The notes: generated by a model from the letters alone, not told the origin. A stretch of 64,000 bases of DNA from Antedon mediterranea (GCF_964355755.1 NC_092673.1:31865648-31929647), one strand, 5' to 3'; shown: positions 12,478-26,165, counted from the stretch's first letter. A program made the numbers and translations.

Positions 12478-13610
12478 AAAGTTTTTGAAAAGATTATCCA
12501 TAATCAATTATACAATTATCTTACAAAATGTAAAGTGTTAAGCAACAATCAATATGGATTTAGAAACAAACACTCAACTTCTCATGCTATGATCGACTTG
12601 GTCCATAGAATATTAAATGCATTTGAAAAAAAGGAATATGCACTTACTACCTTTATGGATTTGTCAAAAGCGTTTGACATTATCGATCACAGTATTCTGT
12701 TGAGCAAATTGGGGCATTATGGTATAAGAGGCATCGTTTTAATGTGGTTTAGAAGCTATTTACGTGGCCGCAAACAATATGTTTATGCCAACGGTAGATC
12801 ATCATGTTTAAAAGACACCAATATAGGGGTGCCACAGGGTTTTGTTTTAGGACCACTTTTGTTTTTAATTTACATCAATGATATAAGTCGAGCAAGTAGT
12901 AAAATAGATATAATTAGTTTTGCTGACGACACAACATAACAAGGGGAGATGACCCTACAATGTTAAACCATACTAAGAATATTGAACTAGAAAAAATAAA
13001 CGTATGGCTTAAAGCAAATAAGCTGTTACTGAATGTCAGCAAAACTAATTACGTTGTTTTTAGAACTAACCAAAAGAACTTTGACAGAAACCAGTTTAAA
13101 ATAAAAATGAATAATGTGTTATTACATAGAAAAGAAAATGTGACATTTCTAGGTGTAATTTTAAACGAAAATCTTAACTGGAAACATCACATACAGCTTA
13201 TTAGGAAAAACATGTCTAGGGCAATTGGTATACTTTTAAAAGTAAGAGAATTCTTTCCTCATAAAGTCCGTATTAGTCTTTATAACACCTTAGTATTACC
13301 TCACCTTCAGTATGGTAACTTAATATGGGGAAATACATACAAGAGCACGTTAGAAGTAATACTAATACTCCAAAAGAGAGCTGTAAAATGCATTACCTTC
13401 TCTAAATCCAGACAAGCCTCAGAGCCAATGTTTAAGAAACTAAAAATATTAAACGTTTATGATATTTACAAAGTAAACGTCATAGGATTTATGGCAAACG
13501 TAAAATTCAATGAATTACCACATCACATTTTAAATATTTTTAATTACTGTGACAGTAAGGAAATTAGACACCATATTCGTACTTTTCTGGACCTAGATAA
13601 CATCTCATAA
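12478..13610 (+). mobile_element. 5'-truncated Crack/L2-group LINE RT (frameshifted)
   Basis: Motifs KVFEKII, NQYGFR, DLSKAFD, GVPQGFVLGPLLFLIYIND, FADDT, NKLLLNVSKT and FLGVILNENLNW. Confidence 0.9.
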
Positions 13611-13985
13611 AGAAGATCAGCAAACGAAGGGAAGTAAACAATTAACTGTTTCTTTTTCTTATTAAACATTTTAACTCTATATTATTACCACTTACATAAA
13701 TTGCATGCATCCCTTTCTTTTATCATCATGAATAATAACTGCATGCTAATTTATTGACATCTAAATAACACTGCGGACACTTTTCCTGTTTTTCTTCACC
13801 TCATGCTTGCGTTATTACTTTTATTAATTTTGTTTTCACTGCAAAGTTGTTTGACTCCTGTTCTTACTTTTTCCATGAACATTTGCTTGTTCTTTCCTTT
13901 GTAACTTACTTAAACTCAGAGACTGTTTTTGAACTTGTATACTATCTTATACCGTTACTTGTATTTATTGTTATTGTTCTTTGTT

Positions 13986-15065
13986 ATGTCCAATGTTTAT
14001 TCTGACAAAAATGAAACTGATCGTCTTTCTAATTTAGTTTTTAATCCATTCTCATTTAATGATAATCATAATGCTAATATTGATCCAGATCTTCAATTTT
14101 TTACTGATTCTATGAATAAATCTAATTATTTTCATCCAAGTGATTTTTCTAAATACTAACGAAATTGATAATAAGAAAAGCTTTTCCACCATACACTTCA
14201 ATTCCAGAAGCCTTAGTCGTAATTTTGATTCGATTAATATTCTTTTAAATTCCTTAAATTTCAACTTTGATATAATTTCTATTACGGAAAGTTGGTTGAA
14301 GCATGACAGCCCTTTACTGCATATTCCAAACTACTCTTTTATTTCTAAACATAGACATGTGAAAGTTGGCGGTGGTGTAGCAATGTTTGTTCGAAATGAA
14401 CTTTCATTTAAAGAAAGAGAAGATCTGTCAATTGACCAATCTATTTGTGATTCCCTATTTATTGAAATTGAACAAAAATCAGCCAAAAACATTATTGTTG
14501 GCACTATATATAGGGCCCCTTCACTAGATACGAATGCATTCCTAGATAAAATAGAGCTATTACTTAGTAACCTTTCCAATGAGAACAAGACTGTTTTCTT
14601 ACTAGGTGATTTTAACATTGATATTTTAAAATACGAATTAAGTAATCATTCTTTCAATTTTATAAATACCATGTTTAGCAACATTTTTCTTCCTCTTATT
14701 CACCGCCCCACTAGAATTACTGCTACTACTGCCTCATTGTTAGACAATATAATTACCAACCAAACGGAATTTCCCAACCACAATGGAATAATTTATAGTG
14801 AGGCCACTGACCATTTACCTATTTTTAACATATCTTCTTTAACTAACATTGTCCATAATTCGAGATCTGAACTTTCAATGTTGTATACTAGGAAAATTAA
14901 CGAGCGCAATATTGAAAGTTTTAAGTTAGATTTGCAAGCAACCTCGTGGGACCATGTTTTTAATTCACAAGATCCAAATGAGGCATATAATTTATTTGAC
15001 ACCACATTTAAACATATGTACGATAAAAACTTCTCCCTTGAACAAAGAACAAATAAGAAACGCAA
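13986..15065 (+). mobile_element. LINE ORF2 5' part (APE endonuclease), frameshifted near 14150, truncated before RT
   Basis: Motifs FNPF...DPD, HFNSRSL, ITESWL, GGGVAMFV, IYRAP, GDFNID, PTRIT...LLDNI and TDHLPIF. Confidence 0.9.
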
Positions 15066-15074
15066 ACTTTCCGC

Positions 15075-15198
15075 CGTTTCCGCTGCCAAAGGTATACCGT
15101 AGGCCTATATGTACGGTATTCAAAAATACCGTATTAAATACGGTATTAAAAAATACTGTATTAAATACGGTATTTACTTGGCAGCAGAAACAGGGCCC
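15075..15198. mobile_element. Right-end fragment of the same Harbinger-like family
   Basis: TACGGTA subrepeats and terminal TTGGCAGCAGAAACAGGGCC. Confidence 0.6.
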
Positions 15199-15251
15199 TA
15201 GACATTACCACATAATATAAAATTAAATTAAACCATTTCGGGCCAAACTTG

Positions 15252-16052
15252 GGGCCTGTTTCTGCTGCAACTGCTCAAAATACGATATAATACTACGGTA
15301 TAAAATACGTATTTTTTAGTACCCCGTTTCTGCTAACAATACTTCTTGGGTAGTCGTGTTAAATTTCATCTTTTTTACCCAAATTGCCATTCATTTATTT
15401 GGTCGATAATTAAAAGTCTCAATAAAGGAAGTTTTACGTCTCACTTTCAACAGCCTAGCCCTAGTGATAGAGATGTTGTGGGAGCACAGAAAACATCGTA
15501 ATGGGGACAATTAATTCGTTCCCTCCCCGAATTATTGTATTTTGCAATGTTGTACTGCTTTCGCAGGCTCTTCAGCTTTGAGTTTACTTGCTTTGGAGAC
15601 AAGTCTATTCCATACTCCTGCTTTATTTTTTTAGAAATGTCTTTATAAATGTGGTTGTCCCTTTTATTAATTGGCCAGACATTATAGCTTCCCCACACAC
15701 ATTTATTTAGTAAAACTGTGACTTCTTCGCTCCACATTTTTGCCGAATATATCTATACACGTGTGTAAAGCAGCTGACAGCGACAGAAAATAAAAACACG
15801 AATGTTGACCTTTTGTCATGTAAAAAAAAAACACCGTATTTTTTATTGGCAGCAGAAACGGGTACAAAAAATACGGTATAAATTTGTAAATACCGTATTT
15901 TATCCACAAATTTTGTGGGGAAAATACGGTATACAAAATACGGTATATTTTTTATGAGCGCAGTTTCTGCTGCCAAAAATATACCGTATATATACGGTAT
16001 TCAAAAAATACCGTATAATATACGGTATTTAGTTGGCAGCAGAAACAGGGCC
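15252..16052 (-). mobile_element. Non-autonomous PIF/Harbinger-like element, copy 2, with Myb/SANT (Myb_DNA-bind_4-like) ORF 15447-15737
   Basis: Same TIRs as copy 1. The ORF MWSEEEVTVLL...IYKDISKKI...LSPKQVNSKLKSLRKQY...SGRERINCPHYD matches the trihelix/Myb-SANT pattern. Confidence 0.75.
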
Positions 16053-16879
16053 AAAGTGTCCATTTAATATGTGGTTATACAGAAAAACTGAGGTACTGTT
16101 TGTGGATTTTGATATGTCAAATTAAATATGTTTTTTAAATATTTTTATTATTAATAGGCCTATATCTTTAATATACTAGCAATGCATTTAAAGGCCAGGT
16201 GTGGGAAAACAAAATTCTATTGATCATACATTCCAATAATTATCTATCTATAGTTTCCCTTATGTTTCATAATTTTTTAGAGTTTATTTATTTTACACAA
16301 GCTTAAGTTGTTGAAAATAAGCAATTTCTTATCAGTGGGGGGATAGTTCAAATTACACAGTAAAATCTGTATTCTTTTGTACACAAATTTTGTCAATAGA
16401 GAGGCATTTTAAAAAGCTATGAAAAATAAACGGTGTGGTAAAAAATATTATTAGATGACTAAATATAGGTAATATAACTTGAATATTACATTTCTGATAT
16501 TTTTATTCAACTTCAGATTTTTATTTTCATGCTATAGCAAAAAGTATCCAGCATATATCCACCATCTTTTTTCACCGTCTATAGGGAGTCACCAGACATT
16601 TTATTACATTAGGTTAACTACCTAACTACTAAAAAAAGTCTTCCTGGTTTTTATGGAAGAATTTTGCCAAATTTTGTATCTTGATTTCTGTTACAAATAT
16701 TTGATTTATGTACAATTAACCAAATATTATATTTAAAATCCATGCCTGTACCTGAATAAGTAGAAATAAAACATATTATGACAAACGTTTTAAACAATAA
16801 TGAATAATATTAAAGCGTATAACCATGGTGAAATAAGTTAGATGTAAATTATTTATTGATCAACGGTTTCTCTACACAA

Positions 16880-17220
16880 AACATAAAAATCGAACTATGT
16901 ATAACCATGTAAGCTAGAGTTCTTGGTCTTCCGTCCTTTGATGGTCGTATAAATTACCTATTGATTTCCTTTGTTTCCAAGTGTCTCTATAACAAATATA
17001 ATTTTAAAATGTTTTATTTTGTTCTGTTTAACCTCAGGCGTGACAATGATCTAAGATTTGTTCACAAGTTTAGTAGGACCGACAATTCAAAATTTTCTAC
17101 ATTTAAGCAGTTTCCACGCTCATATAGGGTACCTCAGGATCTTAGAAATACGCTCCCGATTAACTTAGGCTTATTTATTAATAAATTAAAATGTTATTTT
17201 AAGCAAAATATTTCCTTTTA
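16880..17220 (+). mobile_element. Degenerate CR1-like LINE 3' fragment
   Basis: LGLPSFDGRINYLLISFVSKCL...SRTDNSKFSTF resembles a CR1 ORF2 C-terminus. Confidence 0.4.
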
Positions 17221-17658
17221 TTCTTTTACAACTCATTGGCCATTAATCCACGAAAAATGGAAACTTCATTTGATTAAATTAAATAGATAAATTAGGCTGC
17301 AAATAAAAATTAGCTACTTTAAAATCCTACCGTCTTATTATAACATTCATTTTAAAATGCGGTTATCAAAATAGGAATAATTACATTTTTGTGAAATTCG
17401 CCACTTACTGGCCTGGATCAAAATGCCAAATTGGACCTGACATACTGAATTGTACAATGAAACCTAGTTGTTACGTTCACTAGAAGGCATATAACTCATA
17501 CTAAATGGGAAATTTCCGAAAAGATCTGGGAAAAGTTAGATGGCAACACGTGTACCGCTAAAACAAAATCATCAAACACTATCAAAGAAGCTAAGAAAGG
17601 CATAAATATACCAACACAAATTAATTACAATCGATAAAAAACTCGAATGCAAGAGCAG

Positions 17659-18481
17659 TTTTTAGTCGCGTGGAAGCGACTCTATAGTTCACTATGTCGG
17701 TCGGTCGGTCGGTCGGTCTGTCTGTCTGTCTGTCTGTCGGTCTGTCTGTCGGTCTGTCTGTCTGTCTGTCGGTCCGGTATCACTATGCGTTTTATCGCTT
17801 TATGACCTTATCTTGATATCAGTTTAATCTAGCTAAATCAATTTTTCACAGAATATTCCTTATGGCCAGGAATCGATGTGGTTATGATTTCACGGTGCGC
17901 AATAAAAAATTACGCGGTCTACGCACGATTTAACGAAATCACGTTTGTAATCATATCTTAACAACCATGAATCACAATTAAATAAAATTTGGTACTCATA
18001 AATTTCAGGGCATAAATCATCATAATGGCAATACAATTACGTGCGTAGCGCATGTAACGCATGCGTACGCGCGCCTAAAATTTTCAAAATTTATTTTCGA
18101 TGAAATAAGAGTACGTTTCAGGCAATTTTAAGCGTTTACAAAATTGCCATGAGTGCGCAGATTTTTGCGCGCGCACTGCGCGTTAAATGTTATTGCGCAC
18201 TCTTTTTGCCCGATTTCTGTTTTCTTGACTTACTTTTCAACTCGAAATTACGTTATACGAGCACGTCAAAAGTGACAGGCTACGCACGTGTAAATTAAAA
18301 AAATATAAATGTTTTTAAACATTTCAACATTTTTAAACATGTTCAGTAATTTCGGTCAGTATAGTTCACTATGTCGGTCGGTCCGTCTGTCTGTCGGTCT
18401 GCCTGTCTGTCGGTCTGTTTGTCTGTCGGTCCGGTATCACTATGCATTGTAGCACGCGACTTAATGGCTGTTGGCCTTGTT
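17659..18481 (+). mobile_element. Helentron-associated non-autonomous element (DINE-1/HINE architecture)
   Basis: T-run then subTIR AGTCGCGTG (17664), (GTCG/GTCT)n microsatellite, 3' subTIR CACGCGACT (18453), short hairpin GGCTGTTGGCC and TTGT into a T-run. Another similar 3' end lies at ~18490-18561. Confidence 0.75.
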
Positions 18482-18986
18482 TTTTCTCTGTGTCGGTCGG
18501 CGGTCGGCAAACACTAAGGCAAATTTGCGCATGCGAATGCAGCCATGTATATGGCCTTGTTAAACCGGCAACCAAAGAGTAATAATGATGATGACGGAAA
18601 TTAAAGATAACTTGCGGAAATGCAACCCATTGGAGCTCCGGTCAAACGCAACCTGTATACCATAAAATCTGATCATCCACACTTGTGTGCCATCGCTAAT
18701 TAGAGTTTAAAAGAAACATACTAATCTAAGAATGAAGCGATGGATGAATGTGGACGATTTTTTAGTATGATGGGTACCAGCTTTCTTGAGTAATCGTAGA
18801 GGCCGAGTAAAACTGAATAACTGTTTGTCATGATGGATGGTTAACCCCAAATGGAAGAATACCGCAAGGATCATGGCTTGGACCCGTGCTACGTTCATCA
18901 ATAAATTACAAACGATCCTTCCAATATAGGCCTATAATATAAACTTTATTTATTCACAAGACTGATGTACATAGAGCACAAGCCGT

Positions 18987-21900
18987 TCAATCAACATTGA
19001 TTGGTTTTTCACCACCGTTTCGCGCATGGTGAATATTGATTCCTCTACGTTTAGATTCGTAGGATAACCATTCCATACTCATAAAAGAATGGTTATCAAT
19101 AGTTTCAAAATTTGATGGAGGGAATATGGCAATTGAATCAGGTTTTAAAAAATTTCGGGCAAAAACGTAACTACATGCTGATGCTATTGTAATAAGCCCT
19201 TTTGAAAATGGATCAACCCCGTCTTTATCGACAGTATCATTGAGTACCGTTACTTGTTTAAAGATATGTCTAAAAGTTAGACAACTTAACACTTTCTTAA
19301 AATATCAACATCACTGATACAATAATCGGTTAGTTCTTGTCTGAGGCTAAATATTTCGTTTTGTTTTTTTATTGTACCAAGACAAAAATTCATCTCTCAC
19401 AGATGATGACATTGAATCCGGATCATACAATGAGGGGTCGGGGTAAGGCCCTACATAATCTATATTTTCACGAGTGTTGAACCTATGAGGGAAAAACCCT
19501 TTCTTCAACTCGTTAATTCCAAATGTTTTGGGTAATTTACTAAGGGGCATAGGAAGAAAAGAAAGGGAATCTATGAACCGAATTGACGTATTCTTTACCT
19601 TAAGGGACATTATCTTCCCACCCCTAAAAATGGGTTCCGGAATAATACCTTCGCCGTGTAAATACTTCATGATAAAGTAACTGTCGTACCCCTGAAAATT
19701 ATGAGCAATGCATGTTAAATTTGAGTTATAAGGATACGAATTAAAGATATAATCACAGAATTTATAACATGCATCGCCTCCTTCAAAAATTTTGGTTTTA
19801 TCCCCGCAAATTTCGCATTGATCAGAGAGTCCTTATCCTATGTTATACAATTTAAACAAGTTTTTTGTAAAACGCATAAATTAGGATTGTGAACCCCCGT
19901 TTCTTGTTGGGTACATTCAAAATCGAAAAAGAAATATTTTTCCACAGACTTCTTATCTACATCGTTAGTCTTGTTAGTTTTCGTATCAATTACTTTTTTC
20001 ATGTAGCAAAGATGACCTGTTTGGACTTTTAGATTACATACTTTACACGTATATTCATTGCATTTATGATCCTTCTTAATGAAACGATTGCACTCCTTAC
20101 AGATTTGTTTAATATCACAAACCGTTTTTGTACCATTTTTTGAAGATTTGTGATTGTTAAAACATTTTTTATTTTTAAAAGAACGATTACATTCATTACA
20201 TGAAATGATAGTTACTGATTCCAATGAAGGAGTGCAATCATTGGAGCGACATAGCTCACAACTGAATTTACATTTATGTTCAAATTTTTTGTTGTTACCT
20301 TTGAAACACAAATTACAAAAATAATTAACTTCAAAAAATGCAGTTAATTTAGTTATTAAGTCATAGTGGTTATCGTGGTGATACAAATATATTTGTTTTT
20401 CTCTATGTTTGCCACTGAATAAAATCGAATGTAAATTATCCTTGGAGATAACGATAATTTGATAATTTGGTAACGCTTCCTGAAAACGCTTAAGCTGAGT
20501 TATCCCACAAGGACCCTTATCTACCCCAGCCCTCGATAAAAGACTTTCAGCCGCTTCTTTTTGTAAATTAAAACCCCGTCTAATATTATCCCATCGCTTT
20601 CTATTATTTAATTTACCTTCCAACCATGAAACACCTGTGACAATAGCTCTCGCGCAGCAAATTTGTTCGTCGTTTTCATTTTGAATTCTAATTAAACATC
20701 GCGCACCTTTTTTGGTTTTATCAATACCTTTTTTAAAGAAATTATTACTACCGCCTCCAAACGGCATGGATATGTGTTGAATGTTAAAGGTTAACCCATC
20801 CCCCACTAAAATATCCATGTGCGATTGAAGGACTTTAGTTATCTCAGCTAAAATGAATTCTGGCGTTAGATGTTCTCTTAATAAAAAAGGTAAGGAAATT
20901 GGTATATCTAAACCGTTAGCGTTAATAACAAGCCTAACTCTATCATGTGGTTGAACATTTTGGCATAATGTATTCAGCACATGTTCAAATTTCTAACTAA
21001 TAAAGGTAAAACATCAATAACACGAAATTGGTCTAACCCTACTAAAGTAACTAAATGATCACTTGAAAATAAATTAAAACGTTTGTTGAACTTATCTCTA
21101 AGTCTCCTTATAATACAAAAATCTTCAACATTTACAGCGTTTATGTTACGCTCATCCTCTTCCTCTTCCTCTGAATCAATGCGAGGTCTCTTAGCAGGCT
21201 AAAATACAAGAAAAAATAATAATAACAATTTACTCCATTTATATTATATTTTATCATTGAAAAAAATAAATAAATAAATAAAGATCTATAAGTAAAGAAG
21301 AAAACAACCGTACAAGCTTACCATTTGTTTACGAAAATTTCCAGCTCCATGCTGCACTAATTCCTCGTCAAATTCATTATTATCTTCTTCATTATTCTCG
21401 TAATATCTTTTCTCTCCTCTTCTCTTACCGTGCTAAAATATGAATAAAACAGACAGACTAAGAACAATAATTTATATCTTACATAATTATACTATTTATA
21501 AAAAAAAAACAATGTTTAAAAAAAGAACTTACCATTACTTTACGGTATTTTCCTACTCCTTCATAATTAAATTCAATCATATCTTCTTCGTTATTACTGC
21601 TTCTATTCAAAATACCGTACTGTAATACAAAATGTTTTTTTTATATTAGACTAACGCCCGTATTCTTAAACCGGACTTTAGTCGTAGTTCGAGCTAAAAC
21701 TAAAAAAATGACGTCATTTTAATTCATAAACCGAACTTCAACTAAATCACCGACTAAATCAGGCCAACCTCGACTAAATCGAGACGGATTTTGATCGATT
21801 TTTTTAGTCCTGGAGGGGGCAGACTAAATGGTCGACTAAATGGTTTTTAAACGATGTTTATAAAAAACGTAACAGTCATTGAGTTGTTATATTGGCCAGA

Positions 21901-22925
21901 TATTGAAGAATGAAATATCTATATTTATATTAGCTTAATTAAATATACATTGGTATAAATTATAATAATGAAAATCATCTTTATTTACAACTGTATACAA
22001 ATTACATTATTTTCTTCGCGCAAGTCCGACTTGAGCTACGTCACGCCATAGCGACATTTGCGACAATGGGAGATGCGGCAATTCACCACGCGATGGAATG
22101 TTTAGGGGGACTAGCACTTTCTTGTCACGCTATGAAGTGCGTGGTTCGTGGCGATCATACTTTGTTGGGGGCCTAGAAAATATAAAAGTTACCGTACCGC
22201 CATGGTTCCTAAATATATTTTTAAGATTTTATTTGTTGTTAATCAAATATACTTCACTGTTAAATTAATACTGATATTGTTCTAATAATTAACGATTAAA
22301 ATTATTTTTCATGTATATAGTCCTGATGCGTAAAAAGTGTTGTAAGAAATGGAAAGTGATATCAATGCGCAAAATTTCGTCTGCTCCTCAAATACTCTCT
22401 TGTCATTGGCCAATGTATAGCCTCTGTTACCCAGACGTGTGCAACTCGACTAAAAGCTCGACTTCATTAAGTCGAACTGCAAACTTCGACTACTTCGTTT
22501 TTTAATCGAATTTGAAGTAATAGCTCGAACTACGACTTTTCCAAGTCGAACTTCGAACTACGACTAAAGTCCGGTTTAAGAATACGGGCGTAAATATCAT
22601 ATATTATTACCATTTTCAAAATAAATTTATAGAAATAGTAACTTACCATTTCATTACATAATTCGTTCTGATCATCAATTAACTCTTCTATACATCGAAT
22701 CTGAAAATTAAATAACAAAACCCATGTAACAGACAGAACAAAGAAGTCATTCTTAATAACATTTGGAAAATAATATACTTAATTTTTTTTTTTTTTTTTG
22801 TACAAATTTATTCAACTTACCATTTCATCGTTGTCATCAAGAATTTCTAACAAAAATTCCTCATTACCGCTAAGACTGTTGTCTTCAAATTCTTGTTCAT
22901 TACCGGTATGCACGTTAGAATTCAT
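18987..22925 (-). pseudogene. Polinton/Maverick (adintovirus-like) protein-primed DNA polymerase B; exons 22821-22925, 22647-22700, 21533-21619, 21322-21432 and a large exon from 21198; frameshifted, truncated before the palm
   Basis: Motifs CCARAIV, LYHHDNHYDLI, a Cys-rich Zn region, ExoI FFDFE, ExoII AHNFQGYD, FIDSLSFLPMPLSKLPKTF, KGFFPH, ExoIII YCISDVDIL, TIASAC and EWL...IHHARNGGE. Leader exons have canonical splice sites. Confidence 0.9.
21655..22590. mobile_element. PIF/Harbinger MITE in a PolB intron, TAA TSD
   Basis: 38-bp TIR CGCCCGTATTCTTAAACCGGACTTTAGTCGTAGTTCGA flanked by TAA on both sides; GACTAAA subrepeats. Confidence 0.85.
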
Positions 22926-23060
22926 CTTTTAACCTCGTGTAGCGGTAATACTTTGGAACTAGTACTAGAGTTTGAGTGACTTCGATGTAATTGATAACAC
23001 TGACATAGAATTTCAAATTATACCCCCCCCCCCCGATATTTAAACATAACAAATTAATTT

Positions 23061-23530
23061 ATGCATGACATCAGAAGCGTCGTTTTTATTTCTTTTGTTT
23101 TTTCCTTTTATGATTTAAATTAAAGTTAAAATTGTATAGATAAGTTACAGTAAACTTTAGTATGTCAAACACCCCGTGTCACTGCTTTCGATTTATCCCC
23201 TTTGTTAACAAATCCGGAAGATGGTTAATTACCTGTCGGTATAGTTCAATCAAGACATACTTATTATTTAACTTCATTCATTCTTATCTTTTTGTTTTAT
23301 TCATTGTTATAATATCCGGATCAAATAACTTATGTCTTTGGATTATGTCGGCATACATCAAGCAAAAACCTCAATTAACTAGTTTTAATTAACCAGGTGC
23401 ATCTTTATTGACTCTATGACTATTTCAAATCTTACAAAAACTATATTGTCTCACTTCCTTACCCTATGTTAACCATTGTATTATAATCCGAAACATAACA
23501 CCTATTGACTGTACTTCAACCATTGTAAAC
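23061..23530 (-). promoter_or_regulatory. Putative promoter module upstream of PolB, shared with the Bcl-2-like and ALKBH2-like genes
   Basis: Blocks ATGCATGACATCAGAAGCGTC, GTCGGTATAGTTC, CAAGACATACTTATTAT, CATTGTTATAAT, TGTCTTTGGATTAT and TATTGTCTCACTTCCTTACC recur at 25040-25220 and/or 32384-32795. Confidence 0.55.
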
Positions 23531-23728
23531 ATTTTGTTCTCATCACAAGCAACTAAATTACCATATCATTTTTTATTTAATATTTATTAATTTTATATTA
23601 TAATGTATATTAATATATAACAAATCTATATAACAATTCTAGTGAAATGATATACTCTATTGTCTTATACTATCCCCATTGTTAACCATTGTTATAATCA
23701 CGACTGACTATACCATCTACCCCTCTAC

Positions 23729-25186
23729 TTGTATTGTATTTACTTTTACCCGTTCATGTTGGTATGATCAATATTTGCTCAAACTCCATTTTATCGTTAT
23801 GTTTGTAGTATTTTAGAGATTCCCGATCATCGTAATAATGATATAACTAGAATTCGTAACCGTGTGTTAGATTCCACGCGTATTATATACATATTGTCTT
23901 ACTTTAATTCCTTCTCTCGTTATTCACCCGATGTAGTTTGATCAAACAATTGTACCTGGGCCTGAAAGGTTAGTTGTTATGGTACAAGGAATCGGCCCGG
24001 AAAATAATTTGTTTTCTTTTCTGTTAAATTATTATTATGTTTGTGAATTGTGTATTGCAATAGATTTGTTTAATGAAATTAAATTAATTAGGCCTATGTT
24101 TTGACTTATTTTACTGTCAGTGTAAATTTGTAAAAGTAGTTTTCCTACTTTAATTCACGGTAAATTTATTTATCGACTTAATTTAATTTGTTTTTTTTTT
24201 CTGTTGTTGTTAAATTTAATTGCAAACACACATAATAAATGATTGTGATTATAAATATTCTGTTTACTTCTTTTAATTTTAAACAGTACAATAGATCTGT
24301 AATGTAAAGCTATATTTTATATATAATAAGTAATATTACAAAGATAAACATACAAAATGTATAAAGCATAGATTAATTAAATTTAAATACAATTTCTTTA
24401 TTTCAAATTGAATTTCATTTTCTACGTGTTTTCAATTTTAAATCTTTTAAGAAAGACACAATACGTACTGCTAAAAAAATAAAACGCACACAAAAGAAAA
24501 CAAATTTGAGACGCACGATATATAACGACGGTTTCAATAAAAAGGCATATTATAAATGTATTTTTACCAAATTTATAAAGTAAAGTATATATATATACAT
24601 TGTTTCGCAACACATGTACATACAACGAGTCCTGTCACAAATCTGCCGACATTTATTTTTTTTATCGCTCATCATTTGTTCTAATACATAATACAGCGCT
24701 TCCGAAGAAATATCTTTACACAATTCTAACACATTAAAATTGTTTTCCAACTCTTTACAAGCACGAATAGTACTCTGGAGGATGGGTGAATCCAAAACAA
24801 TTAACCCCGTCAATTTATATTCAATGTATGCTAAAACTACTTCCTCTAAATCAACCATAACGCTCGACAAAACAAATGATAATGGATGTAATTACCAAGA
24901 AAGTTACAACTTAAAACATTTATTTTTGTTTTTAAAAAGAAGTTGTAACATAGAAACTAATTTTGTCAGGAAATGTGTTTTTATTATTATTTACTTAATT
25001 GTACATACTTAAATAACCTTTATTTTCAAATCCTAAAAATGTCTTTGGATTATATCGCCAAAGATCAAGCAAGACATACTTATTATATCACTTCATTATA
25101 GTCTTCTTTTTATTTTTGTCTTTGTTATAAAATACCCCGTATTAATTATATGTCGGAAGACACCTTTAACATATATTGTTATATAC
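23729..25186. repeat. Left arm of a ~1.46-kb inverted duplication
   Basis: Near-identical reverse complement of 28642-30584 once the solo LTR is removed. Confidence 0.92.
24422..24858 (-). pseudogene. Bcl-2-family-like gene, copy 1 (two frameshifts)
   Basis: BH4-like DLEEVVLAYIEYKL; BH3-like PILQSTIRACKELE; BH1-like VLEQMMSDKKINVGRFVT after an A8 frameshift; additional short deletion near 24590. Confidence 0.65.
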
Positions 25187-25389
25187 CCTGAAACACAATA
25201 CCTATTGTTTCATACTTCCTAGTAATTTGTTTTTCAGTAATTTGTACATCTGACTAATACTTACAATTTTGCCTATATTTTGCCTGTAAACGCTATTTAA
25301 CTATTCATTCTTATCTATTTTTATTTACCTGTCATTATGTTAAATAAAACATATTCTAAATTAAATTTATATCATGTTAGATATATTTT

Positions 25390-26165
25390 CAAGAACATTT
25401 GTTACATACAAATAAATTTGTAAAGAAATTTGTTACATAAGATAAATTTGTTAAGAAGTTTGTTTCATAAAAATATTTGTGTAGATAAATTTGTTACATG
25501 AAAATAAATTTTTCAAAATATTTGTTACATAAAAATAAATTTGTAAAGAAATTCGTTACATAAATTTATTTTTTACAAGAAGTTTGTAACAGAAAATTAT
25601 TTTGCTAAGAATTAGTTGCATCAATTGATTTTATCAACCGTATGTAACATAAAGAATTATTTTGTTGAAAAAATTATTTTGTCATTCAGTCCATTTGTTC
25701 AGTAGGCCTAGTTCGTTTAAGTTTTTAAGAATTATTTGTGTAATATTCTTGTAAATAAGAGAATTTATTTTTAACCTTTGTAATTATTTTATAAATATCA
25801 TTTATGCAATATTTTTGTGTGTAAATATTTGAATTTATTTATACTTTTTGTATGGAAATAATTATACTAATATTAAATATCATTATTTGTTTATAAATTT
25901 AATTGTGATTATAGATTTATTCTTTATAAGTATGTCGATTAATTTCAGAATCAAAAACTTGTTACATAAGAAAAAAAAAAGGTCATGAAATTCGTTAAAT
26001 AAAAAAATAATTTATCAAGAATCTTTTTACATAAATTTTATTTTATCATTAAATTTGTTACATAAAAATAATTTGTCAAGAATCTTTTTGCATAAAATTT
26101 ATTTTGTCATTAAGTTTGTTACATAAAAAAAAAATAATAATTTTTTCATGAATCTTGTTACATTT
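25390..26165. repeat. Degenerate AT-rich tandem repeats (~30-bp, AAATTTGTTACATAAAAATAA-like) in two blocks
   Basis: GTTACATAA core repeated at 25400-25650 and 25960-26160. Confidence 0.6.

Noticed and set aside
12415-12939. 174-aa ORF as one RT gene
   Set aside because: Chance in-frame fusion at ~12478 of one LINE (GVPQ) to an earlier RT region of a different LINE (KVFEKII).
18707-18901. 64-aa ORF as a continuation of PolB
   Set aside because: No polymerase or nuclease motifs; PolB similarity stops at ~18995.
24740-25012. Identical 90-aa ORFs at 24740-25012 and 28816-29088
   Set aside because: Antisense to the Bcl-2-like frame; identity only reflects the inverted duplication.
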